The translations under genes and the position numbers were made by a program. Below the pieces are notes generated by a model that had not been told where the DNA came from, did no database searches, and saw nothing but the letters and a program-made list of their open reading frames with translations. A DNA stretch of 63,638 bases, counting the filler, from Kipferlia bialata (Eukaryota), in assembly GCA_003568945.1 (NCBI GenBank). It is 3 parts of 3 records of this genome, joined end to end, with 100 filler letters (N's around TTAATTAATTAA, not from the genome) between each part and the next. Parts side by side here need not be neighbours in the genome. Positions count along the whole stretch, not along the records: positions 24,746 to 53,485 come from BDIP01000145.1; 2 more parts are not named here. The stretch is one strand, 5' to 3'. The stretch's first letter is position 1; every line of letters begins with the position of its first letter. Below are positions 36,801-49,896 of the stretch, in pieces.

Positions 36801-39055
36801 TGATAGTTGCACATGTTGATTTAGTATTCTCCTGTATGTAGTATCATGTAGTAAAGTGGGAGACTGCCAATCGCGTAACTCCTCACACACACCCTACCCC
36901 TCACCCCATACATCCCCACCGAGGCCAAGGCTGAGGCGTGGCTGCAGACACACACTGCCCTTCAACCCCTGATAGCCAGACACTTGGCAGAGGACAGGTG
37001 CGGTATGGGGCAGGGGTATATTTGTGGCCTCAGATAGTGACCGTCACGGTATCAACTAGTAGCATCGATATGAATAGTACCCTCACCCCCAGCTTCGACG
37101 TCAACCGCTTTGTGTTCTCGGTGCCTGTCACCCCCCTCACCCACCTGGCCATATACGCCATCAAGTCCCTGGGGCTGCTGTTGGGACCAGGCCGGCCAGA
37201 TGCTGTCTCAGTCTCTGAGGAGAGGATAGAGATGGAGCGGCAACGCAAGTGGCTGTTGTGCCTGGTCAGGATATTCACCGCCTGTGAGCCACTGATCCAG
37301 GAACACGACATGTCCTCACCTAGACATAGCATACTAGTGATGCAGACAATGTACAGGTGCGGTACATGTCACTGTAACTATCATATGTGGCCGAATGGAT
37401 ACTTCAGTGGTATATCTGTTACACTTGCGGGAAGCATGATATTACTTCTGCGTTCCACTCCTTGCCTCTCCCTCACCCTCAGCCTCCTAGGCCAGGCCAT
37501 GGGACCGGGGTCTTGGTTCTCCACAACAGCCTCCATGGCCCTGATAGTGGCGGTGCGTCATCGTATCTATTGGTGGAACAGTCTGCTACGCGTTCCTTAA
37601 TGAAGAATTAGTACTTTGTGGTATGTTTCTACTGCGTGCCCTCCCTCACCCCCAGGCCTTCTTCCAGGATGTTGACAGACCTGTCCAGTCGCTGAGGCTG
37701 GTGGAGGCCACGGACCACCCCCTGGCCCTGTTCCACGGGGAGCACTGCCTCACTGCACACTCTCTCTCCCTCTTCCTGCTCTGCGACCACATTGTCAGGT
37801 AGGCATCACAGTATGTGTGTACACAGAGAGACCTCTCTGTATCTATACCCACTCACCCACCCACCCCAGGACCCCCTTCGCCCCTGGTTTCCGTACCCTA
37901 GTGGGTGACCTCATGTACGGAGTGCAGTCTGGGGACCCTGAGTCCCTGGAGGAGCTGAGGTGCCAGATACCCATCAGCCCCAGGAGCTGTGTGGAGGGGC
38001 TGGTGCCAGTCACAGACCCAGGTGGGTGGTGCAGAGAATCATTCTATGGGCTGCATATCTCTCTGTATTTACCTCCAGGCACTGAGACTGTGTATGGAAT
38101 GCACCTGCGGCTACTCTTGTGTGGGGTGCTGAGGACAGTGCTGCAGGCACGGCTGCTCACACCCTGGGAGGAGGTATCCTATGAGGAGACCATGCGCAGT
38201 CTGAGTCAGGCAGGGTGCAGGGTGCCAGGAGAGACAGAGGGAGGGGTCAGGGGTGTATCCCAGACTGACACTGACACTGTGCCTATGGAGGGGTCTGTCC
38301 TGCCTGTCTCGGTGGACACAGAGTCACAGGGGGAGAGGGAGAGAGAGAGGGAGAGGGAGAGGGATGTAGGGGCACCTGCAGGACCAGTGGCCGATGGGGT
38401 TAGTAGGTCAGAGAGGGTAGGTGACGCTGTCACGGACACCTCAGAGACTGCGACAGGCCCTGACGCCTCACAGCCTGCTGCCAAGCCTACACCTGTTGCG
38501 ACCCAGGGTGATACCCCAGCCGCAGATGGTGCCCCCACCAAGTCGGGTGCGTCTGCCCTACCGTGTAGGACCAGCTTTGAGTGGGGTATGGCATGGGCCA
38601 GACAGGAGAATGAGGTACGGAGGCTGGAGGCAGAGAGTGGCCTCAAGAGGCACGGTCTGAAGTACAAGACGCTGTCCTCGGCCTCCGAGGCCATCCAGAC
38701 CGACATGACCACCCTCAGGACATACATCCTGGAGGTGCTGGCATACATAGACAAGATGGGTCTGCCTGTGGGTGGCCTTGTCCCCACTCTACAGGGCATG
38801 GTCGAGTCCCTCTCCTCCCTCACTAACCACTGGGCCAGGGAGACTGCAGCTGGGTGGGCACAGTTCGGAGGGGGGGAGGCAACGGGGTCCCCCCACCCTG
38901 ACATGGGGTCTGTCACAGACAGTGTTCCATCATACGATGAGAGTGAGGAGGTGGGGCCATACCTAGACAGCATCGGCAGTGTGGATAGTATGGGCAGGGG
39001 GAGCTTCGATGGAGAGAGCACCAGAGACATGACGAGTGACAGACACGGAGAGTGA
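33406..39055 (+). CDS. Multi-exon multi-TM + divergent PAS + degenerate class I PDE domain protein (pseudo-PDE 2); start uncertain (33406 or 33516)
   Basis: Hydrophobic exons at 33.5-34.7 kb. PAS-like region: YMDTNDALFSE...LDFFNLSHTQHRPAMQ|KFNALRQGGQRGYLKFQHR...FEMNYVTQVV. PDE-like region: SFDVNRF...TPLTHLAIYAIKSLGLL...HDMSSPRHSILVMQTMY|SLL...MALIVA|AFFQDVDRPV...DHPLALFHGEHCLTAH...FRTLVGDLM...LLTPWEEVS...LEAESGL...NHWARE. Confidence 0.7.
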
Positions 39056-39313
39056 GGGTCTTGCAGTGGCCGTAGAGACAATAGAATATGCACCAATGCC
39101 ACAGGAATACAACAGAGTATCAGGAAGACACTACACGGAGCATAATGACAACTATTCTATTACTACATGCATAAAACAATACGTTCCTACGGTCAAACCC
39201 GATGAACAAAGGACAAGCTGGAACCAATGATAGTGAAATTGACATCCCATAACCAACACCTAGTCCAGGTGGGATGGTACAAAGAGGTATCAGGACATCA
39301 ATATACCCCCCGT

Positions 39314-40422
39314 CTACATGGGCTCCAGGGCAATGCACTCATCGAGCTCTGTGGCCTGTATGCCGTCTAGGATGGACAGGAAGATGTCCTCGAGAGAGGG
39401 GTGCTTCAGATGGTACCCAAGCAGGTGGCCCTAGTGTGGGACGTATATACATACATACATACATTCATACATACATACATACACACATATATATATATAA
39501 TATAATATAATATATATAAATATACAAATACACACCTGCAGCCTCAGCTCGGCCAGAGCCGAGAACAGCCTGTGGTACATGAACACACAGGAGAACACGA
39601 CCACAATCTTCTCGTGTGTCTCGCCCTCCTCCTTGGTGTGTGTGGACACACGCATGTCCCTCACTGCCACCCCCAGCTGGGCACTCAGTCTGTGCACTAT
39701 GGCAACAGCCCTCTCGGCACGCCTCTCCTGCAGCTCTCTCTCTATCTCAGCTGCCCTCCCCCTGTGTACATCCTCTCTAGTCACCTGTAGTAGGGGCACA
39801 CCGATGGTCAGCGTGGCATTGCCTCTGAAGGCCCTCTGTAGTGACACAAGGGACCCAGAGTGCAGGAGGGCACCCTCATACATGATACCAATGTGGCTGG
39901 GGTCAGGGGGGGGGGTCAGGAGGGAACTACTATTATATGCAAAGCATTATGGTCGCGGGTGGTCTGTATACATGTGCAGCAACCCACTCTCCCCACCTTG
40001 ACACGGCCTCTGCCTCCCTCAGCGAGTGGGTACTCATCAGCACTGTACTGTGGGCCCTGATGCCCTCCAGCAGTCTCCAGATATGGCGCTGGGTGCCTGA
40101 GGTCAGAGGTCGATACAAATATTTACACACCCATTCAGCACAGTACATGACTATACACTGACGATCATCCTTTCTCACCTGGGTCTAGACCTGAGCTGGG
40201 CTCATCTGCGAGTACCACGTCAGGACTGCCTATCAGAGCGATGCCCAGGGCCAGTCTACGCCTCATGCCCCCAGACAGCTTGTCAGCACGACGGCTGGGG
40301 TGAGGGGGGGGCATAGGAGACTATACATATCCACACGGATGGATACACAGCAATCCATACCTAGCAGCAGATGCGAGACCGAGGTGGGTCATGTAGCTAC
40401 CGGCATCAGCCTTGGCCTGATC

Positions 40423-40474
<52 letters not shown>

Positions 40475-43400
40475 GACATATACACACTGGGGACTAGAGC
40501 CCACACACACGCACACCCACCTCCTCCAGGCCGACCCCTGCCAGCCTTGCAAACAGGACTAGGTGCTCAGAGACAGTCATGCTGGGCCAGTAGGCAGCAA
40601 ACTGGGGGCAGGAGCCTGAGGGTGAGTGGAATAGGGTACATGACTAGTATATATGCAATATCCCAGACCGTCCACCCCGTATATACCTATGCGCCTCCTG
40701 GCCTCTGCCCTGTCAGCCACGATGTCTCTCCCCCCCACCCTGGCCGACCCCTTGGAGGGTCTGATGTAGCCAGACAGGATGGAGAGCAGGGTGGTCTTGC
40801 CAGCCCCACTCACACCTAGTAATGCATAGATGCTGTGCTTGGGCTGGCCCAGGGTGATGTCCTTGCAGCCTAGGGGTCAAGGAGGGGGGGGGGGCAGTAT
40901 ACAAAACAACATGGTCACTATCTGAAACACTACACCTATAGCTCTCACCCCCACTCACCTACTATGCGAGATGAGTATGCGTGGGAGAGGTGGTCAACCT
41001 CCAGCACGTCCCTGCCTCTCTCTCTCTCTATCGCTCTCTCCCTCTCCCTGTCCCTCAGCCTCTGCATCCCAGGCTCCTCTCTCTCTCTCCCTCTCCTGTT
41101 AAAGATCTTGCCTGGGGCGCTTAGGTAGTCGGATCGGGGGTCGGTGATGGGATCAGAGTCTACAGGTCAGGGGAACATCAGGGGAGAACAGAATAGGGGA
41201 TAAGTATAATGACAACAATTTGTATACTAATGCACCCACCGTCTGTCTCCTCCAGCGATCCCATCTGCAGTGTGTACCGGTTACCCTTGGCTATAGCGTT
41301 CCTGATGCCAGCCGAGACGTGGCGGCCCTTCTTAGGGAGCAGAGTGTACCAGTCTGGCGGGAGAGGGGTGGGGGTATGAGTATGTATATATATAACAGGT
41401 ATGCGGGTGTACACATAGACCACTCACCCACCACCACCGTGACCAGTAGCCACATGAGGGTGGAGCAGACACCAGTGAACAGGTACCCGTTGATGTAACT
41501 GGAACCTTGCACAGCCCGGTATGCAGCCCTCTCACCTGTCGGTCAGATAAGGTAGTGTTTACACAGGTGAGAGTATGGGATGGGATGTGAATGTAGAATG
41601 CACACATCACAAAGTACATAAATACTCAATTCCTTTGAAATTCATATATAGTATCCATATACATAAACACAACCACTCACCGTCCACCACAAAGCTGTTG
41701 ATGATCCTGAAGTATGACACCGGGGGGAACAGCCAGGCAGAGACCCGGATCAGGCTGGAGCCCTCGCCACTGAACTGGGGTGAGGGATACTATTATGGTA
41801 GAGAGCATATGTACATGCGAAAAGGAATAGCACCATGCCGCACCTGAGCCAGACCGAACAGTACAAAGGACGTGAATGTGATTGCCACGACCATGTACCC
41901 GACTGTCCTTGTCTTCTTGGCCACCGCCCCTATGGCAAAGGCCACGGCCAGGGCAGACAGCTGGGAGAGGAGGAGGTAGGTGAAGCAGGATAGGAGGGCA
42001 AACACCCAGTCCCCCATACCCAGCAGGAAGGCCAGGGCCTCGGGCATGGAGTCTGGGAGGGTGTCGGGGACAGTCTGGGGTCAGGGGGGGGGGGTTGTAA
42101 AAGAGGTGACACATACATGTATATACGGAGCTAGCCACACCAACCCTACCCACCTGTGCAAATGGGGGCACTCCTATGACCACGCACAGCAGACTGACCA
42201 CCCCGCATATGGGCACAGTGTAGCGCATGTTGGCGAAGAGCAAAGATCCCCAGTACTCAAAGGAAGACACATTGCCCACAACACCGATGAACCTGGGGGT
42301 GAGAGGGACTGGGTGGAACAGACTCTGAATATGCCACTACAAAAACCTGTACCAAGGGATAAGTAGAACACAACACTGGCACTACTACACCCACCGTCTC
42401 TGACCGTTCTCCCTGTCCCTGACGACTGTGGCGGCATAGAAGAATATGGCTACCGATGTGGTTATACAGTGCAGCTGGGGCACCACTATGGCGTCTATGA
42501 TGGTGGACGTGAAGTAGGGCTCGATGTCTGCGGTGTGGGGCAGGGGGAAGGACTGGGCCCTCAGGGTGACGTTGGCCAGAGTCTCATAGGGGACACTGGA
42601 TAGGTCATACCCCGCTGGGTTGGCCACTCCCTGTCTCTGCTGCTGGAGGGTCAGGGGGGATCATATCTGGCATATACACACAGTATCAAACTACATTGGG
42701 AGCTAGATTTGGAAACAATATATAGGAGTCACAATACAATAGGGACTGGCTCATGACCCCCAGCTGCAACCTAACATATACATACGCATATAATTACACA
42801 CCCCTACCTGCGTGAGTGCGTACCGCACCGCCCCTGTACTGAGTCTGGCCACCACGTCATTGGCCACGGTCAGGAAGCGCCTCCTCTCCCCCTCAGGCAG
42901 GGACCTGTCTGTCTCCTGGTTGTTGAGCCAGCCTGCACATCAGTATCAGGCCAGGGGTGTAATGATGGATGGACTCCATAGATATATAGGATCGATAAAC
43001 GACACTGAGATACTCATCTCATTACCCTTATGGTTGAGTCTATATATGTATACCACCCAGAGATAGTGTCCCACCTGCATATGACGCCAGGAGTCTTGTT
43101 GTGTATGCCCTGCTGTACACCGGTGACACCCTGAGGCACTGGGCGTCGGGGTCCAGGGTGTCGTACCCAGGGTGGCTCTGGTTGTACATCACAATGCCAT
43201 CGACGGCAGAGTCATAGTATCTGGGTCAGAGGGGCAAGAAGATACTTTAATACTTACGTACACACTATATTCATGCACCCACCTGTGAGCCACATTGAGT
43301 AGAGGTGGGAAGAATGAGTGCATCGTGTAGGATAGGACGTCCTGTGTGTCTGGGACCTCTGGGAAGGGGGTGGGGTCTAGGTCTGATGCCTTGGCGGAGG

Positions 43401-46400
43401 TGGAGAGGGAGGGAGAGAGAGAGTGTGGCATCGGCATGTCCATGGATAGGAGGGTGGGTGTGTATGCCCCAGACACAACAGGCACAGTGTCTGTGCGGTA
43501 GGTGGCAATCTCCAGTGAGGCTGTGGGGTATATCTGTGCTGTCTCGTTGACCATGACGTCGATGGGCTGGGGGGAGAGGGAGACGAGGGAGAAGGGAGTG
43601 AAATGGCCACGAGTACCCTTACCTTGTACCCACAGTCCGTGGTGTATGACCCAAAGTCCTGGTGCTGCTCAACGGTGGAGTACACAGAGTCTGGGGGGAG
43701 GGGGATATGAGAGGGACACAAGGCAAAGAGGTGGAGAGAAACACAGAGAGACTGCTATGCATTTACCACACCCCCATACCTATGTCTGCCACCACCATCG
43801 ACGTGTGTGACGTCACCAGCATCTCCCCTGGGTATGCTAGGCGTGCCTCCCCCCGGCAGTCCCTCTTGTCACTGCTGTGGTGGCAGTTGCGGTAGGTGTA
43901 GTCCCACGCAGACTGGGACTCGGACGTCATGTCATACTCCCGGTCATTCCAGCACTGGGGGTCAGATAGGCTAGGGGGGGTCGGTGCCAGAATCATATAC
44001 ACACCCATCAAGATAGGCATCATGCTATACACACATATTTACACACATACATATATATACAATGATATGTACCTCAACCATGCACTCGTACTCGTAGTGG
44101 TACTGGTCCCACCGGTTGCGGAGGTGGTAGTGGTAGGGGAAGTAGGACATGAGGGTCCCCCCCTCCTCCACAGACTGTATCAGGGGGTTGGTGGCGATGC
44201 CCTCCTGGGTGAAGTATGCATCCCTGATACTGTCCATGGTGGGGGTGTCTGTGGACTTAATGTGACCATACTCAGGGGCTGGGTGAGGAGGGAGGGAAGG
44301 GTCGAGTATTGGTATTGATATTGGGGTACACAGCAAGGATCCCTCTGCTAACACTGTGACGTATTGGCTCCACTACAACCACTCACCTTCATTCTGCCTT
44401 GAGAAGTGGCTGTCGGTGTACCCAAGGAAACCCTGGGAGTAAATGGGAGGCAACACACTGACATTGCACACACATCATCTCTCCCAGAGTGTTGTGATAC
44501 TGTACCTGAGGGGGTAGAGCACCAATCCGAGACAGGTCATCCTCACTAGACCCCACCACTGCGAGATATGCAGTAGGGATGTCAGCGTATGTGCCTGGGG
44601 GTCAACGGAGTAGTATCACTCCAAACAGATTATAGCGAAGTACTATTCCCACTCTTAGTGACGTGTCATCAAAGACCACTATACCATGTTTGCAGTGCCA
44701 TCTGTACTTGAATACATATATACGAATGTGTATCGACCACCGCATCACACCTGGCCTGTAGTATGCCATCTGGTTCCGTGTGAACACCCTCTTAGACACC
44801 GTGTCCAGCCTCTCCCCACCCTCTATGGGCATGCCTAGATAGTGCATGGCGGCCTGGCAGTCACCCATGGGCCTCTCACCAGTGCGCTCGTCAAAGAAGC
44901 CCCAGCAACGGGTGGACTGGCGTAAGGAGACACTGATCAATCATACTGGACTGGGGTGTATACATAGAAGATCCGTATACTATAGTCGTGTACACACGGA
45001 CACACACACTGGTACCTGGTGCAGGTTGCACAACTGGAACATCTCGGAGTCGGTCAGAGTGCCTGGGGGTAGGATGGGAATATAGGATAGGCGTGGTAGT
45101 CAAGGGTATATACACAAGTACATGCACACGCCCCCCACCTGTGACGTTCCAGTTCCCATCCTCCATGTCCTCCTCACAGCATGACTGGCACCCAGCAAGG
45201 AAGGTGGCCTGGCCTGCCTGGAACCTGAGGGGGTCAGGGGCAAGGGGTGGAGGCATATACCAGGGGAGAAGTGTCACAGTATTAAGGTAGATATGTGTAC
45301 AGATACACGTGCACAGACCCCTCTCCCACCTGAGGTCCATTGCCTCGTCAAAGGCCTGGGAGGTCAGGGTCACAAACACATACACCGCAATGGACACTGG
45401 GGGTGAGGGAAGGGAAGGTAGAGCAGGTCCAGGGTACTGCATATACACATGTACACATATATCCACCCACCTAGCAGCAGGGGCAGCATCCGAATGAACA
45501 TGGGGGAGACCTTGCCCGTAGAGGCTGCCTCTATCATCAGAGTCTTGTCAGACAGGGCACGGAACCTGGGGTCAGGGGGAGGGGATAGGATCCATCAGTG
45601 TAAACAAAGGGAACTACGATAGAGAGTTTCATGAGATTTGTATGTATACGCGGATGACCCCACCCCATCTGCCCCCACCTTCTGAACCACCCCGGTCTCA
45701 TCTGCCTCTGGGACCTCTTGGGGAGGGACACCTGGGGGTAGAGGATGGAAAGGATACAGGTGAGACAAGAAGATATCTGCAATTGAAGTTAGCGTTGCCG
45801 TACATCCATTACATCCACCCCATACCTGCCTAGCCGATGCGGCACTCCTGTCTCTTGCTGCTTCCCGCCCCTGGGTGGCGCTGTTGCTGGACCTAGGGTA
45901 AGGGGGTAGATGGGGAGAGGGTTCACGGCATCTATATATATATATGTGGAGGCAGTGGTATGACTCATGTACTTGAAGCCAGTTGTCTAACGAAGCACCA
46001 TTACTCAGCCGTACTTGTTGTTTGTGTTGTCCGATGCATGGAACAGTGACTCCAGGCCAGGGGTGTCCACAGAGAACTCAACAACCAGGGACGCCGCACT
46101 TCTGTTCTCCCTGTTGGCATGGGAGAGAGACAGAGAGGACTGGCGGCTGTGGTGGCCTGGGGTGAGGCATTAGGGAAATGAAGCTGTGTGGCCGCAGGTA
46201 TACATCTACACTACCATTACTGCACTCTGCACGATGACCTATAGTGGTGTATGTGTCTCTGTACATGTAAACACATTCTGTCATCCACCCACTGACCTAG
46301 GGATGTGAGTGAGTCATTGTCCGTGTCCGTGCTGCCGGGCTGGGAATAGGACTGGCTCATGTCTGGTGTGGGGGGGGGGGGGGGGGGAGGGGGAGACTAG

Positions 46401-46703
46401 GTTAATAGTGTATCAGTATATTACATGTGTACTAAATATAATACACAAGGTACTCACCTGTCCATAGGACACTTGACAAGGTGACAAGGGGCTAGGTTTG
46501 ATAGGCGCCAAGAACATAGATTCCCTCTGATGTGGTGATAACTAGGTCTAAACGCGCTTGAACACAGGCACTTGGTGTCTATCACTGTACCGACAGCCAA
46601 ACTCTGACTCATAAAGTTGTTCAAACATCTCCATTATGTCATCCCCTGTCTCAAGGTCTCTCTCGAGCTCATCCAGCTCCGACAGCAAGTCTCTGGGTGC
46701 CAT
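39314..46703 (-). CDS. ABCA-family half transporter with a large Cys-containing exoplasmic domain
   Basis: Walker [10 protein letters not shown], signature LSGGMRRRL, Walker [15 protein letters not shown]-loop STHSLREAE, and C-terminal SLEDIFL. N-terminal FRRWGQM|FRALSDK and TM exons at 41.4-42.6 kb. One NBD. Confidence 0.88.
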
Positions 46704-46932
46704 TCTACCTGTTAATTGATTGATTGATTAATTGATTAGTTGACTAATTATGATACCATATACAATGAACATATATATACTGACATATAATAGTATTAGA
46801 AGTCAATGGAGACAGCTCCGAGAGCAACTCCCTGGTGCCATTCTATCTGTTAGCTGATAGGTTATATAATGGAACCAGTCCAGGACCAGTAAACTTGCAG
46901 CAACCAGAACTAAAGTGAAGAGCAGATTTAGA

Positions 46933-46970
<38 letters not shown>

Positions 46971-47514
46971 AGGAGGGAGAAAACAGCCAGGAAAGAGCTG
47001 AAGAGGGAGTATACTAGAAAGAGAGAGAGAGAGAGAGAGAGAGCATCCTGGAGAGAGGTAGAGTGAAAATAGGAGTGTATGAGAAAGACCACACACACAT
47101 ATATACACATACATATAAATATTTTCTCAATACACCCTGCTTCCTCACTATTCCCTTGGTGCCACGAAGGAATCCTGTGCATATACAAACACAGACTCAC
47201 ATACATGTATATACTTCTTTAGCATACCTTCAACACAACACAATAGATAGGTCACACATTTACATTTTGAGACACTAGATTTTTTGTTGCTAGCCCCTTT
47301 TGCCAGAGGCCCACTTGCATATTCAGTCCCCCGCTTAGTCAGCAAGGCGTTCTGCTAGCCAAGTAACAGTACTCTGTGTCGGCCAGTGGCACCCTAGTGG
47401 GTACATTGTCTGATTGTGGAGCACCAGGCTTGGTGTTAGTGCACTGCTGGTAGGAGGTGCTGCATTAGGAGAGTGAGTACCTAGAGAGAGAGCGAGAGCG
47501 AGAAGGAGAGAGAG

Positions 47515-48067
47515 ATGGCGGCCAAGAAGGGCAAGAGGCCTAACACGACCTTCCCCCTTCTCACCTTCGAAGCGATTGCCAACGTACGTACAACACAGTT
47601 TGCTAATGATAGTTGTGTCTATTGTTACTCTTCTGCCGAGACAGGAGCACAACATAGCAAGCTTCACTTCGTATGCCATACCATTATCCAAACACTATGC
47701 CAGCCCCCCCCATTCTTCTCTCTCTCTCTCTCTCTCTCTCTCGCTTCTCCCCCTTCTCTCTCTCTCTTCAGTATTCATCATCTCCCCGCTACTCTCTCTT
47801 AGTCGACATATGTTTGATCATTGATCTGTTTAGACCCGCATCTCTCTCTCTCTCTCTATATATATATGGATAATAGTCATGTATATTCCTCTTCACCCTC
47901 TCTCCACGCTCTTGCTCCAAGCTCGTTTATACTACATATATATACTCGTTTATATAGTATAGTGGTTAATATAGTTGGTATAATCCATGCGTGTAAGCTC
48001 TCTCTCTTTCCCACTACTCCTAAGTCTAGATCTTTACTGAACTTTCTATGGATGTGTACTCTCTCTC

Positions 48068-48107
<40 letters not shown>

Positions 48108-49865
48108 TATTTTCTCCCTATATCCTTACCTCCAGGTTGTGTTCATCAATACCACCTGTCTATCTCTCTCTCCATTTCGTCGCTATCTTTGTAGTCTCAC
48201 CCCCAGGCTACTTTGCCCCTGCCTTTGTGTTCATCTCCCTGTCCATCTCCCAGGCCATCACAGCCACACAGGTGGGTAGTGTATGGTACATGTATATGTA
48301 GATTGATACTTAGGTAGTGATTTATCTCTAGTATATGGACACATACATATCGTCATACCACATATGTCTCCCTGGCACTGACACTGACACTAATACTAAT
48401 ACTAATACTAATACTCAGGTCGCCAGAGAGAGAGAGCACGGGCACAGGAGGTCTCTCCAGGTATTAGACATGCTAGACACACCCATTCACAGTCACTCAT
48501 TCTCTCTCTCTCTCTCTCATTCTCTCTCTCTCCCTCACCCCCTAGATCCTTGGTATGAAGACCTCAGCCTACTGGACCTCCACCCTCCTCGTGCTGTTTG
48601 TCACATGCCTTGTCACGTCCCTCTCCACCATCGGCTTTGGACTGCTCTTTGACATCACCCTCATCAAGGAGACAGACTTCGAGGTACGCCTTCTCTTAAT
48701 GTCTATAGTGTATGATATAATAGCTCTTGGAGCTTTTAACATCTGTATGTTGCAGTAGCTCTCTCTCCTCCCCAGACCCTATTGATCTGCTGTTACCCTC
48801 TTTCCTCTACTGAGTATATCTCTGTCTTACCCCAGATTCTGATGATCACCTTCTCGCTCTACTCCCTGGTCAGCTGTGGAGTGGCATACCTCTTCGGGGC
48901 ACTCATCCCAACATCCCGCACTGCAGGTATGGGGTACACACCTGTATTGTAGTGATCTCATTATTGTGTTGTGTTTCTTCCCCATTAGCTGGCAGTGCAA
49001 CACCAATGGTGGCAACATCGTCCTATCTCTATATGTATATCTCCCCTCACCCCAGGTCTTCCGTCCTTTGAGTACATCAGTCATACAGATGTGTATATTT
49101 GTGTATGTGTATACCATGAGTATTAGTCTCTATGTGTATACCTCCCCTCACCCCCAGGCCTCCTGTCCTTTGTGTACATCCTGGCCTTCTACCTCATCGG
49201 TAGCATGGCCACATACTTCTTCGTCGATGTAAGTGGTTGCATGCATACCTACCCAATGTACTCTTCCCCTAGTAGTGTCTAACCCCCAGGGTGTTGCTGT
49301 ATGGCTCACCACCTTGCTCTCCTGCTTCCCTGCCGTGCTTCTGATGAGGGCGTGCAGTCTCCTTAGTGACGCTGCCACAATGTCATCTCTGGGGGTATGT
49401 GGAGTGATATATATATATAGATGTGTTATACTACTAATATGTACTGGGGGTATGTGGAGTGGTATCTAGCTACAGTGACATATTTACATAGTTACAGAGA
49501 CATATATGTGTGACACAATGTCATCTCTGGGGGTATGGGAGTGGTATACAGTGGTGTTATACTATTACTATGTACTAGGCCTAGTATGTACAGTGATACT
49601 GAGAGACCTGAGTGACCACCGAGTTCTCTCTCTCTCTCTCTCCCCCTTTCCCCAACCCCCAGGTTCCCGGTGCCAGCATCACCCTCTCCCTCTCTCTCTC
49701 TCTCCCCCCCTCCTAATCTCAAGGTTCCCGGTGCCAGCATCACCCTGGACAACGTGTGGGACCACACAGACATCATGCCTGTGGGTGGCACATGGAAGTG
49801 GATGGCTGGGGTCTTTGTCGGATTCGTCATCCTTGCAAGTGAGTACTGGCTTGTATATGTATATA

Positions 49866-49896
<31 letters not shown>

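Noticed and set aside
38206..39102. Long antisense ORFs (also 5230-5856, 59087-59725, 62090-62656, 28366-29130)
   Set aside because: Shadows of GC-rich or repetitive coding sequence on the opposite strand, with no independent evidence.
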